This document shows positions 9,657 to 18,076 of a stretch of 64,000 nt of DNA, piece after piece (the stretch's first letter is position 1; every line of letters begins with the position of its first letter). The stretch is taken from positions 640,102 to 704,101 of the forward strand of contig JBFLZN010000002.1 of the NCBI GenBank assembly GCA_040756295.1, given 5' to 3'. Source of the DNA: Pseudomonadota bacterium. Its GTDB lineage: Bacteria; Pseudomonadota; Alphaproteobacteria; Rhizobiales; Beijerinckiaceae. Below the pieces are notes generated by a model. It had not been told where the DNA came from, did not search any database, and was given only the letters and a program-made list of their open reading frames with translations. The position numbers and the translations under genes were made by a program.

Positions 9657-10436
9657 ATGAGCTATGCCGTAGCTATTTTGATCATCTTGGCGACGGGTCT
9701 TGGCGCCGCCGGCATCACGCTTTTCGTCCAGAAATTCGTCGCCGCCGACTTGCGGCGCGAGCATCACGAGGTGGGCTCGACCGTCTTCCTGCAGCTTGGC
9801 GTCATCTTCGCCGTCCTGCTTGCTTTCGTCTTCAGCGAGGTGTGGACGGAATATAATACGGCTTCTGCGGCCATCGATCTCGAAGTCGGCGCCATGCACG
9901 GCGCCGCAATGATCGCCGTCACGCTGCCGGCACCGGCGGCGAAGGAAATCCTCACCAAGCAGAAAGCCTATCTCGACAGCGTCGTCCAAAGCGAATGGCC
10001 GGTCATGGCGGCCACCCGCGGCGAGGCTCTCGAGACCGTTCGCAAACAGGAAGATCTGATCCGGGCGGTCGCGAACCTCAGATTGTCCGCCGACCCGGAC
10101 GAAAGCGCCAAGAAACCGGAAATCCTCTCGCTGCTTGCGCAGGCGCATGCGCAGCGCGCAGTGCGGATTTATCAGGCGGGCAGTGGTATTCCCGGCGCAC
10201 TTTGGGCGGTGTTGATCGGCTTAGAGCTGATCCTGGTCGCCTTCGTCGTGCTTTCGGGCCTGCGGTATTGGACATCGGCGGCGCTGGTTTCGGGTGTATT
10301 TACCGCGGCGGTATCGAGTATTCTCGTCGTGGCGCGGCTGCTCGATTATCCGTTCGAGGGGGCGCTGGCCTTGCACCCCACCGATTTCGTCGCGGTCATC
10401 GGCAAGATCACGGACTTGCTGACGCCGATGAGATGA
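9657..10436 (+). CDS. DUF4239-like membrane protein
   Basis: Hydrophobic helices; FAVLLAFVFSEVW and LDYPFEG motifs. Confidence 0.7.
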   Translation: MSYAVAILIILATGLGAAGITLFVQKFVAADLRREHHEVGSTVFLQLGVIFAVLLAFVFSEVWTEYNTASAAIDLEVGAMHGAAMIAVTLPAPAAKEILTKQKAYLDSVVQSEWPVMAATRGEALETVRKQEDLIRAVANLRLSADPDESAKKPEILSLLAQAHAQRAVRIYQAGSGIPGALWAVLIGLELILVAFVVLSGLRYWTSAALVSGVFTAAVSSILVVARLLDYPFEGALALHPTDFVAVIGKITDLLTPMR

Positions 10437-10583
10437 CAAAGCCGGAAAAAAGCCATGGCCGCGGCCTAAAGGTTACGACGGGTTCGGCCGGCGCCAGCGC
10501 CGATACAATAATGTTTACGCAAAAATAAATTGCATTATACGATGGCGGCCGCGGGGAAACGGTGTTTGCCGGAGAGCGGATTT

Positions 10584-12419
10584 ATGGCTGCGGCGGTGTT
10601 CATCACGCATTCCTCCCGCGACTATAAGCAATCGCGTGCCGTCGTCGACGTCCTCGAAAAGAACGGCCTCTCTTGCTGGATCTCCGAACGCGACATCGGG
10701 GCTGGCGACAATTATGGCGATGCGATCGTCGATGCGATCGAGAGCGCCAAAGTCATGGTGCTGGTTTTCTCCGCCAACGCCAATAATTCCGATGAGATCA
10801 AGAAGGAGATTGCGCTCGCGAGTCAGCGCAAGCTGACCGTCGTGCCGATCCGCATCGAGGATGCGACGCCGAGCAAGGCTTTCCGCTACGAATTGGTCAC
10901 GCGCAACTGGATCGATTGCTTCCCGGATTGGAACCAGGGCATGCAGACGCTGGTGCGCCGGGTTTCATCGATCATTGGCGATGCCAAACCGCTCGACGAC
11001 CTGCCGCAGCCAGTGCCGGTTCCCAAACCGCGGATCGAGCCGGCCTGGATTGCCGCGGCTGCGGCCGGCATCGTAGTCATTGCCGGCGGCGCCGCCTATA
11101 GTCTGCGGCCGCAGCCCGCACCCGTCACCATCACCCATAACGACGACAACGGCCAGATTGTCCCCGCCGCCTCGCGGCCGCAACAGGTTGCCGATGCCAC
11201 GGGGAACAAGCCGGCGGCGGGCAACGATGCCGCGACGGGCGACCATCCGGCCGCCGCGCCAAGCCCCGCCGCCGAAGTTCCGGCGCCGAAACCCACACCC
11301 ATCGCGCAGGCCGCCGCGCCAAAACCGGTCTCCATCGCGGAAGCCGACGCGCCGAGACCCGCCCCCGACACACAGGCGGAGGCGCCGAAACCCGCGCCGG
11401 ACACGCAGGCCGCGGCATCGCAGCCGACGCCTGTTGCCCAAGTGATCACACCCAAACCCGCGCCCATCGAACAAACCGCCGCGCCCAAACCGGCGCTCGC
11501 GCCGGCTATACCGAAGAAAACCCAGATCGCCGCGCTTGGCCCGGTCGTGCCGGTTCAGACGATTGCCCCGCCCGTTAAGCCCCTCCCAAGCAAGCCCGCG
11601 GCGCCGGCGATTTCGGACAAGCCGCCGGCGTATAATGCCGCGACGCCGGGCGGGCAGATCTTTCGCGAGTGCAAAGATTGTCCGCAGATGGTGGTGGTGC
11701 CGCGCGGCACGGCGATTTTGGGCTCGCCCGCGGGGGAGCCCGGCCGGCAGTCGAACGAAGCCGCGCCGCATAGCGTGACGATCGACAAGCCCTTTGCCGT
11801 CGGCCGTTATGCCGTGACGTTCGACGATTGGGCGGCCTGCGTCGCCGGTGGCGGCTGCAATGGCTATAAGCCCGACGACAACGGCTTTGGCCGCGGCAGG
11901 CGGCCAGTCATCTTCGTTTCGTGGAATGATGCCAATGCCTATGTCAATTGGCTCAAACACAAGACCGGGCAGCCCTATCGCTTGCTGAGCGAATCGGAAT
12001 GGGAATATGCAGCGCGCGGCTGCACCAAAGCCGATTGTCCCGATACACCGTTCTGGTTCGGCGACATTGCGCCCGATCTCGCAAACTATGATTCGCGCTA
12101 TTCCTATGAAGGCAGCCCGAAGGCGGACCACGAGGTCGCGACGGTGCCCGTCGATCAAGGCAAGCCCAATCCGTTCGGGCTCACCAATATGCTGGGCAAT
12201 GTCCAGCAATGGGTCGACGATTGCTGGAACGCCGATTTGAGCGCGCCGTCCGACGGCAGCGCCCTGCTCACCGGCGATTGCGGCGACCGGGTGATTCGTG
12301 GCGGCTCCTATTCCGACAAGCCGGACGCTCTGCGCGCTTCGGCACGCGCCTGGGACGCCGCGGATGATAGGGAATCACCCAATATTGGTATCCGCGTCGG
12401 ACGTACGCTTGCGCCGTGA
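10584..12419 (+). CDS. TIR domain - TM - Pro/Ala linker - FGE-sulfatase (SUMF1/C-lectin fold) protein
   Basis: GGAGAG RBS; N-term VFITHSSRD...CWISERDI..GD.Y...I.DAIE...FSANANNSDEIKKE (TIR); TM IAAAAAGIVVIAGGAAY; C-term FRECKDCPQMVVVP, LLSESEWEYAAR, NPFGL.NM.GNV.QW, RVIRGGS, IGIRV. Confidence 0.88.
   Translation: MAAAVFITHSSRDYKQSRAVVDVLEKNGLSCWISERDIGAGDNYGDAIVDAIESAKVMVLVFSANANNSDEIKKEIALASQRKLTVVPIRIEDATPSKAFRYELVTRNWIDCFPDWNQGMQTLVRRVSSIIGDAKPLDDLPQPVPVPKPRIEPAWIAAAAAGIVVIAGGAAYSLRPQPAPVTITHNDDNGQIVPAASRPQQVADATGNKPAAGNDAATGDHPAAAPSPAAEVPAPKPTPIAQAAAPKPVSIAEADAPRPAPDTQAEAPKPAPDTQAAASQPTPVAQVITPKPAPIEQTAAPKPALAPAIPKKTQIAALGPVVPVQTIAPPVKPLPSKPAAPAISDKPPAYNAATPGGQIFRECKDCPQMVVVPRGTAILGSPAGEPGRQSNEAAPHSVTIDKPFAVGRYAVTFDDWAACVAGGGCNGYKPDDNGFGRGRRPVIFVSWNDANAYVNWLKHKTGQPYRLLSESEWEYAARGCTKADCPDTPFWFGDIAPDLANYDSRYSYEGSPKADHEVATVPVDQGKPNPFGLTNMLGNVQQWVDDCWNADLSAPSDGSALLTGDCGDRVIRGGSYSDKPDALRASARAWDAADDRESPNIGIRVGRTLAP
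11349..11411 (+). repeat. Imperfect 33-nt tandem duplication (APxPAPDTQA) in TIR-FGE linker
   Basis: GCGCCGAGACCCGCCCCCGACACACAGGCG and GCGCCGAAACCCGCGCCGGACACGCAGGCC, 33 nt apart and in frame. Confidence 0.75.
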
Positions 12420-12467
12420 TGATAAACAGACAAAGCTGGCTTTGACGGGCGGCAAATCGAGAGGTTC

Positions 12468-15191
12468 GTGATGTTGCAATTGCGAATGGGCCAGGCCGTC
12501 GGTGCGCTGGTGTTTTTGGGACTGATGAGTTTTGGCATGCTCGCTTCGGCGAGCAATGCGCAGGCCGAAACGCGCCGCGCCTTCATTCTCGGCATCCAAC
12601 GCTACACCGATGCCAATATCCAGAGCCTGACGCGGTCCAACGCCGATGCAGAGGATCTTGCCGGCGACCTGCAGGATCTCGGCTTCGACAAGAAGAACAT
12701 CACATTGGCCACCGATCTGCGGACGAAGGAGGATTTCGACAAGAAGTTCCAGGCCTTCCTCAAGACGATCGAAGAGGGTGATGACGTCTTCTTCTTCTTC
12801 TCCGGCCACGGCCTGGGGGTCGAGGCGACCGGCACGAATTACCTGCTGCTCGGCAATCTTAAGAGCCTCAAGACCTATACCCGCGCGCAATTGCTCGATT
12901 CCGACCGGCGCGACGACATTATCGCGCTGAAAATGCCGTCCTACGAAGGCCAATACGAAACCGATGAAATTCCGAAGGACGGGGTTTCGGCGTCGGACGT
13001 CATCCAGCAGATCGCCCAGAAGAAGCCCAAGGTCGCCTTCATCGTCCTCGACGCCTGCCGTTCGCTGCCGCCGGCAACGACCGACATCCGCACCTTGAAG
13101 CGCAGCGACACCTCCGGCAGCCGCCTGCTGCCGGATACGGACCTGCCGAACGGTTTCCTGGTGCTTTACTCGGCGTCCTTCGGCGAAACGGCGGTCGAGA
13201 GCTTTGGACCCACCGACAAACGCCGGAACTCCTTGTTCACCGAGGTGCTGCGCCAGGAGATGCAGCGGCCCGGCCAGACCCTGCCGCAATTGGCCGACCG
13301 CGCCAGGCTCGTCGTGCGGGCCTATGCGGCGAAAAACGGCTTCCAGCAGGACCCGGAAAATTTCAACAATCTTGCGACCGCCGGCGATTTCACCTTGGTC
13401 GGCTCGGTCGGTGCCGAGCGTTTCACTCTTTCGCAACAACAATGCGAGGGCGCGCAAGAGGATTGGGAGCAGGTCAGCCAGCGCCCGACGCGCGAGACGC
13501 TGGAACGCCACCGGCGCCGGTTTCGCGATTGCCCGACGGCCGAGCTCGCCCGCCGTGCGCTGGTCAATCTGATCAGCTCGCCGGAAGATACGACGACGAT
13601 CGCCATGCCGCTCAATCGCAATATCGACGATTGCGACCGGCTCGCCGCGGCGGACATCGACACGGCGCGTCCGCCGGAAGTGCCCGGCCTGCCGCTCGGC
13701 AAGATCGATTTCGACGCCGCTATCCCGGCTTGCCAGAAATCGATCGCGCATAACCCGCGGATTGCGCGCTTCCTTTATAATTACGGGCGCGCCGAGGAAG
13801 CCGCAGCGAACTCGATGCGGCCGGACGATCCGGCGCGGCAGGAGAAGCTGCTCGCCGCGCATGCGGCGTTCAAGGACGCCGCCGACCGGGGCTATGTCGC
13901 GGCGCTCTACAGCCTCGCGACACTCTATGATTACACCGAATCCGCGGATCTCGATCAGGACTTGGCCAACAAGGATCTGATCAAGGCGGCGAACCAGGAT
14001 TTCCCCGCCGCAATGTATGAGCTTGGCCTTCGCTATAAGAAGGGCCTGTTCGGCATCCAGGCGGATTTCGCGCAAGCCTATGATTGGATGGCCAAGGCGG
14101 CCGAGGCGGGGTCGGTCGCCGCGATGGTCGATGTCGCCGAGTCGCTTTGGTACGGCCAGGGCGTCAGCCCCAATCCGCGCCGCGCCGTCGAATGGGCGGA
14201 GCGCGCTGCCGACGCCGGTTCCGTCGATGCCAAGGTCGATCTCGGGGTCTTCTATTTCTGGGGCTACAAGATCGTGAACGACAATGGCGACGTCGACGAT
14301 GCCAAAAGCGTCCTGTCCGACGATTCGCTGGCGCTGCTATGGTTCGGGCGTGCGGCGCAGGCCAATAATGCCCAGGCGCAATATTATCTCGCGATCATGA
14401 TGGAGGCGGGCGACGGCCTGCCCATCGCCCAGGCGGAAATCGCGGCGCGCTATTACCGGCTCGCCGCCCATGGCGGCTACGAGGATGCGGAGATCGATCT
14501 TGCCGAGCGGCTGCGCTCGGGCCGGATTCTGGTCAATCCGGAGAATGGCGAGAACGAAGCCGTCGACCTCTTGTCGCGCGCGCTCAGCCAGGGCTCCGCC
14601 CGCGCAGCCTCCTATCTCGCTGAAATCTATCGCAACGGCGAATTTGGCCGGCCGAAGGATCCGCTGAAGGCCATGCAATACGCCTATCAGGCGATCAAGC
14701 TTTCGGTCGAGGCCGATCCGACGACGGAAGACGGCGATCCCTTCTTCGAGATCGATGCCGGCATCCTGCTCGCGGAAATGGCCGTGAACGGCGAGGCCAA
14801 CGATATCAACGGCCATTCCCTGCTGAACCCGGACGAAATCGACCGGCTGCAGAAGTTCTATGGCACAGTCAATCCGGATGTCCGCAAGGTCGAGGTCCGC
14901 AAGCTGGAAGTCCCGCTTGGCTGCAACGGCTATTACAGCCGCCACGGGACGCTCTGGGTCTGGGATTGGGGCCGCAAGGAATCGCCGACGGAGCCGCAGT
15001 TCCGTAGCATCGAGCGCCAGACCGGCTGTTACGACAACGAGACGCTCCGGCGCACGCTGATCGCGAGCTTCCTGGTGGCGCGGAAAACCAAGGTTCCTTT
15101 CGCCGATCTGATCTATCAGCAGATCAAGGAGGCGCGGGAGACGGTCGACAATAGTCAGTCGGCCTCGCCCCGGCGTCACCATCGCTATTGA
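12468..15191 (+). CDS. Exported caspase-like protease (peptidase C14) with Sel1-like repeats
   Basis: Signal peptide (..ASNAQA); RRAFILGIQRY, FFFSGHG (His), VLDACRS (Cys); repeated A...LG..Y..G.G helical Sel1 units; exact start uncertain (GTG 12468/ATG 12471). Confidence 0.9.
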   Translation: MMLQLRMGQAVGALVFLGLMSFGMLASASNAQAETRRAFILGIQRYTDANIQSLTRSNADAEDLAGDLQDLGFDKKNITLATDLRTKEDFDKKFQAFLKTIEEGDDVFFFFSGHGLGVEATGTNYLLLGNLKSLKTYTRAQLLDSDRRDDIIALKMPSYEGQYETDEIPKDGVSASDVIQQIAQKKPKVAFIVLDACRSLPPATTDIRTLKRSDTSGSRLLPDTDLPNGFLVLYSASFGETAVESFGPTDKRRNSLFTEVLRQEMQRPGQTLPQLADRARLVVRAYAAKNGFQQDPENFNNLATAGDFTLVGSVGAERFTLSQQQCEGAQEDWEQVSQRPTRETLERHRRRFRDCPTAELARRALVNLISSPEDTTTIAMPLNRNIDDCDRLAAADIDTARPPEVPGLPLGKIDFDAAIPACQKSIAHNPRIARFLYNYGRAEEAAANSMRPDDPARQEKLLAAHAAFKDAADRGYVAALYSLATLYDYTESADLDQDLANKDLIKAANQDFPAAMYELGLRYKKGLFGIQADFAQAYDWMAKAAEAGSVAAMVDVAESLWYGQGVSPNPRRAVEWAERAADAGSVDAKVDLGVFYFWGYKIVNDNGDVDDAKSVLSDDSLALLWFGRAAQANNAQAQYYLAIMMEAGDGLPIAQAEIAARYYRLAAHGGYEDAEIDLAERLRSGRILVNPENGENEAVDLLSRALSQGSARAASYLAEIYRNGEFGRPKDPLKAMQYAYQAIKLSVEADPTTEDGDPFFEIDAGILLAEMAVNGEANDINGHSLLNPDEIDRLQKFYGTVNPDVRKVEVRKLEVPLGCNGYYSRHGTLWVWDWGRKESPTEPQFRSIERQTGCYDNETLRRTLIASFLVARKTKVPFADLIYQQIKEARETVDNSQSASPRRHHRY

Positions 15192-15271
15192 GGGCGACGC
15201 TGCGGTTGAAGGTATGCACGGCACGGTATAAAACCCTTACGGATTATACTTGCGCGGTTAGGGAGAGTTCC

Positions 15272-16459
15272 ATGGCTGCACGGCGAGCAAATCTTTTGAG
15301 AACATCCAGCCTTGTTGCTGCGTGTACATTTGCGTTGAGCATTTTTGCCGCTGCTGCGCCGACACCGGCGCAGGCGCAGTTCGGCTCCTTCTTCCGTCAT
15401 TTTTTTGGCGGCGGCGGCGGCGGTGGGCACCACCGCTCCCACCACTATGTGCGGCGGCATCGCCCCTCAGGTGGCGGCGAAAATAATAATGATGAGGAGG
15501 ATGATTCGTCTTCATCGGCGCCGTCGGATGCGGATTCGACGCGCGAACTCGCCAAGCTGGCGCCGCCGGCGCGCGAGCAGCTTGCGCTGCTCAAAAACGT
15601 CAACGCCAGCGATTCACTCGGCGCGGTCGGATCGTCGGACGATCAGGACAGTTCCAATTCGGCCAGCAACGAGGCCGATCGCGATTACACCACCATGGTC
15701 GATCAGCTCATTCAGACGCTGAAATCGCGGCTTGGCGATTCCGATCGTGAAGGGGATGTGACCGAGACCGCGGTCATGGATGCGCTCACGGAAGCGATCC
15801 TGCAGGCCAAGCTCGAACGATTCGAGACCTTCATCGGCGAGAACTGGTCGGCCGAGCGCTTGCGCGGCATGATCATCAAGCGCGTCACCGACGAGCTCGG
15901 CGGCCTGTTCGAGGGCAACAATCGCGGCGCGGTCTCGATGGCCGACCTCAGCATGATGATCAAAAAAGCGGCGCGCGAGGTTTATTCCCGCCTGTTCGAG
16001 ACGTCGGAACTGCTCGCCTCGAACCGCAGCGCCACGCTTTTCGTGCAGCGGCTCTATCAGTCGCGCGGCGATCTCGTGAAGGGCGATGTCCGCGAGGATA
16101 CGGAGGAACTGCTGCTGAAGGCGTCCTCGGAGGGGATTGCGCATTTCCGCGACCAGTTCAACCGCGCCGACCATCCCTATACGCTGATCTACCGGGCGCA
16201 GCGGATCATCTTCGATTGCCTTTCCGACAGCGTCGAATCGATCACGGAATCCGGCGCCGGGATGGCCTCGACGGCGGAGATCGAGAAGCGCCTTGTCGAC
16301 AAAGATCAGAAGCAATGCACGAAATGGGTCTCAAACCAGATGATCGGACCTGACGGCGGCCTGAAGAAGCAGGAGCCGATGCCGCTGCGCGTCATCTGGA
16401 CCTCGGGCGGCCCGCAGGAAGACCCGAGCATGTACGGGCACGCGTCGGATCAAAGCTGA
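15272..16459 (+). CDS. Exported hypothetical protein with Gly/His-rich and acidic low-complexity N-region
   Basis: GGGAGAG RBS; signal peptide ending AQA; GGGGGGHHRSHH and NNNDEEDDSSSS tracts; helical remainder. Confidence 0.75.
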   Translation: MAARRANLLRTSSLVAACTFALSIFAAAAPTPAQAQFGSFFRHFFGGGGGGGHHRSHHYVRRHRPSGGGENNNDEEDDSSSSAPSDADSTRELAKLAPPAREQLALLKNVNASDSLGAVGSSDDQDSSNSASNEADRDYTTMVDQLIQTLKSRLGDSDREGDVTETAVMDALTEAILQAKLERFETFIGENWSAERLRGMIIKRVTDELGGLFEGNNRGAVSMADLSMMIKKAAREVYSRLFETSELLASNRSATLFVQRLYQSRGDLVKGDVREDTEELLLKASSEGIAHFRDQFNRADHPYTLIYRAQRIIFDCLSDSVESITESGAGMASTAEIEKRLVDKDQKQCTKWVSNQMIGPDGGLKKQEPMPLRVIWTSGGPQEDPSMYGHASDQS

Positions 16460-16467
16460 TCGGATCG

Positions 16468-16491
16468 GGCGGCGCGCCTAGGCGCGCTGCC
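16468..16491. terminator. GC-rich hairpin between convergent genes
   Basis: GGCGGCGCGCC-TA-GGCGCGCTGCC; no U-tract. Confidence 0.45.
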
Positions 16492-16494
16492 AAT

Positions 16495-17811
16495 CTATCG
16501 CCCGACGGAGATCGACGGCGTCAGCGGCTGCCGCGTCTCGGGTACGGCCTGGATGGTCACAATCTCGTTCAGCAGAGCGAAATTGGCTTTCGAGACGAGA
16601 TCGTCATTGTCGATCCAATACCAGATGCCGCGTTTATTGACCGAGACATAGGCATTTTCCGGCGCCTCGGGGCTTTGTTCCACGATGATGAAGGCGCGGT
16701 GCGTGTCGCGCCAGATCGCCCGGGTGCGGATATCCTGATCGATCCGCGGGAAGAGCGCGTCGGAGAGATACGTGTTCCACATCAGGTTCACTTCATCCTG
16801 CACGAGATGCGGCGGATTGAAGTAGAACATATTCGCATTGACCCGGCAGGGCGCCGCATTGTTCAGCGCGCGGATTTCTGCCGCCTCTTCCGGCGCGGCG
16901 AAATGGATCGCATCGACCTCGCCCTCCTTTAACGCGCCGATGGCGGAGCGGGTGGTGAAGAAGAAATTCGGCGATGCCGCGCCGCGCAGCGTGATCACAT
17001 TCGCTGACGATTCCGGATAAAGCTGCCGCAGCCCGTTCCAAAGCTTGGCGACCGTGACTTCCGGCGCCGGCGCCTGATCCATGAAGGGACAAGCGGGCCC
17101 AGCGATGCCGCGGCTCGGATGCAGGGCTTCGTTGTGCAGGATGACGTTCAAATTTTGCTTTGACGCATCGTCGCTGGCGCCGCGCGCCGGCGGGTCCTCG
17201 GCCTTTGAGCGGCCGTGCCCGCGCCCGCCGGGCATGTCCTCGAGGCCCGCCGCAAGCACGATCGCGCCGAATTGGTCGAGCAGCACCATGCGATCCTGCG
17301 CGACGAAATTGTCCATATAGCCCGGCGCCAGACGGTCGACCGAGAATTCGAGAACATTGGCGAGGCCGAAATCGGAATTGAACATGCGCACGATCGATTC
17401 CGGTGCGATCGGCGAGGAGACCTGCTGGATCAGCGGATAGCCCTGCACCGGGGCGTAGCGGACGAGCGCGGAATCGCCATAGGTGAACGTGCCGGAGACC
17501 GCGCCGACTTGGCCGGCAATCGTTCCAGCGCTGGTCGAATGCAAGCCCGGCTGCGCGCCGAGGCCGGAAAGGCCGCCGTTGACGCCGGTGTTGAACGACA
17601 CCGTCGCATCGGCTTCAGAAACATCGATGAAATTGGGCGTCTCGTAATTCTTCGCCCTGACGATATTCAGCAATAATTGTTCGGACGACGTATCGTGAAT
17701 GACTTCATTATAAAATGTGCGGCTTGCCGTGATCGAAGGCGGTCCGGTCAAGGAGCCGCAGCCCGACATGAGGCTTACGCCGGCCAGCGCAATCCAGCCG
17801 AATTTCCGCAT
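16495..17811 (-). CDS. Putative lipoprotein, unknown function
   Basis: MRK + hydrophobic core + lipobox-like MSG-C; YNEVI...SEQLLLNIVRA...P.FIDV segment. Confidence 0.75.
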   Translation of the reverse strand: MRKFGWIALAGVSLMSGCGSLTGPPSITASRTFYNEVIHDTSSEQLLLNIVRAKNYETPNFIDVSEADATVSFNTGVNGGLSGLGAQPGLHSTSAGTIAGQVGAVSGTFTYGDSALVRYAPVQGYPLIQQVSSPIAPESIVRMFNSDFGLANVLEFSVDRLAPGYMDNFVAQDRMVLLDQFGAIVLAAGLEDMPGGRGHGRSKAEDPPARGASDDASKQNLNVILHNEALHPSRGIAGPACPFMDQAPAPEVTVAKLWNGLRQLYPESSANVITLRGAASPNFFFTTRSAIGALKEGEVDAIHFAAPEEAAEIRALNNAAPCRVNANMFYFNPPHLVQDEVNLMWNTYLSDALFPRIDQDIRTRAIWRDTHRAFIIVEQSPEAPENAYVSVNKRGIWYWIDNDDLVSKANFALLNEIVTIQAVPETRQPLTPSISVGR

Positions 17812-17920
17812 AGCACCCCCCCGCTATACGCACCGCGAACGGAGCCATTCACATGATCGTCCGCGCGGATTTGAGTCAATGGTGCGGAACGTTTTGTCGT
17901 CGTTTGTTGCAATTGTGCAC

Positions 17921-18010
17921 CGGCACGACTTGCGGCACGACTTGGCCGTGTCTTTGGCAGGGCGCGGCTTGACCCGTCTTGTTTGCCGGTTCGGCGCGTG
18001 GCACAACTTG
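17921..18010. promoter_or_regulatory. Three copies of GGCAC(G/A)ACTTG in divergent promoter region
   Basis: Perfect 12-bp tandem CGGCACGACTTG x2 (17921-17944) and GGCACAACTTG (18000-18010). Confidence 0.5.
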
Positions 18011-18076
18011 CCCAAGCTAAACCGTTGCTTACGGTTCGCGCGCGCGGGTTCCAGCGCATGATTGAGGTGAAGAAAG

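Noticed and set aside
8082-10148. Long antisense ORFs (this 688-aa ORF; also 12375-14075, 18746-20389, 21689-23245, 34938-36869, 48746-50467, 58091-59950)
   Set aside because: Shadow ORFs of real genes in high-GC DNA; Arg/Ala-rich with no recognisable motifs
12250-12419. FGE/C-lectin C-terminus as a diversity-generating retroelement variable region
   Set aside because: No template-repeat copy and no reverse transcriptase seen in the window
17921-18010. Sigma54 promoter
   Set aside because: GG-GC spacing is 8 nt instead of the strictly required 10
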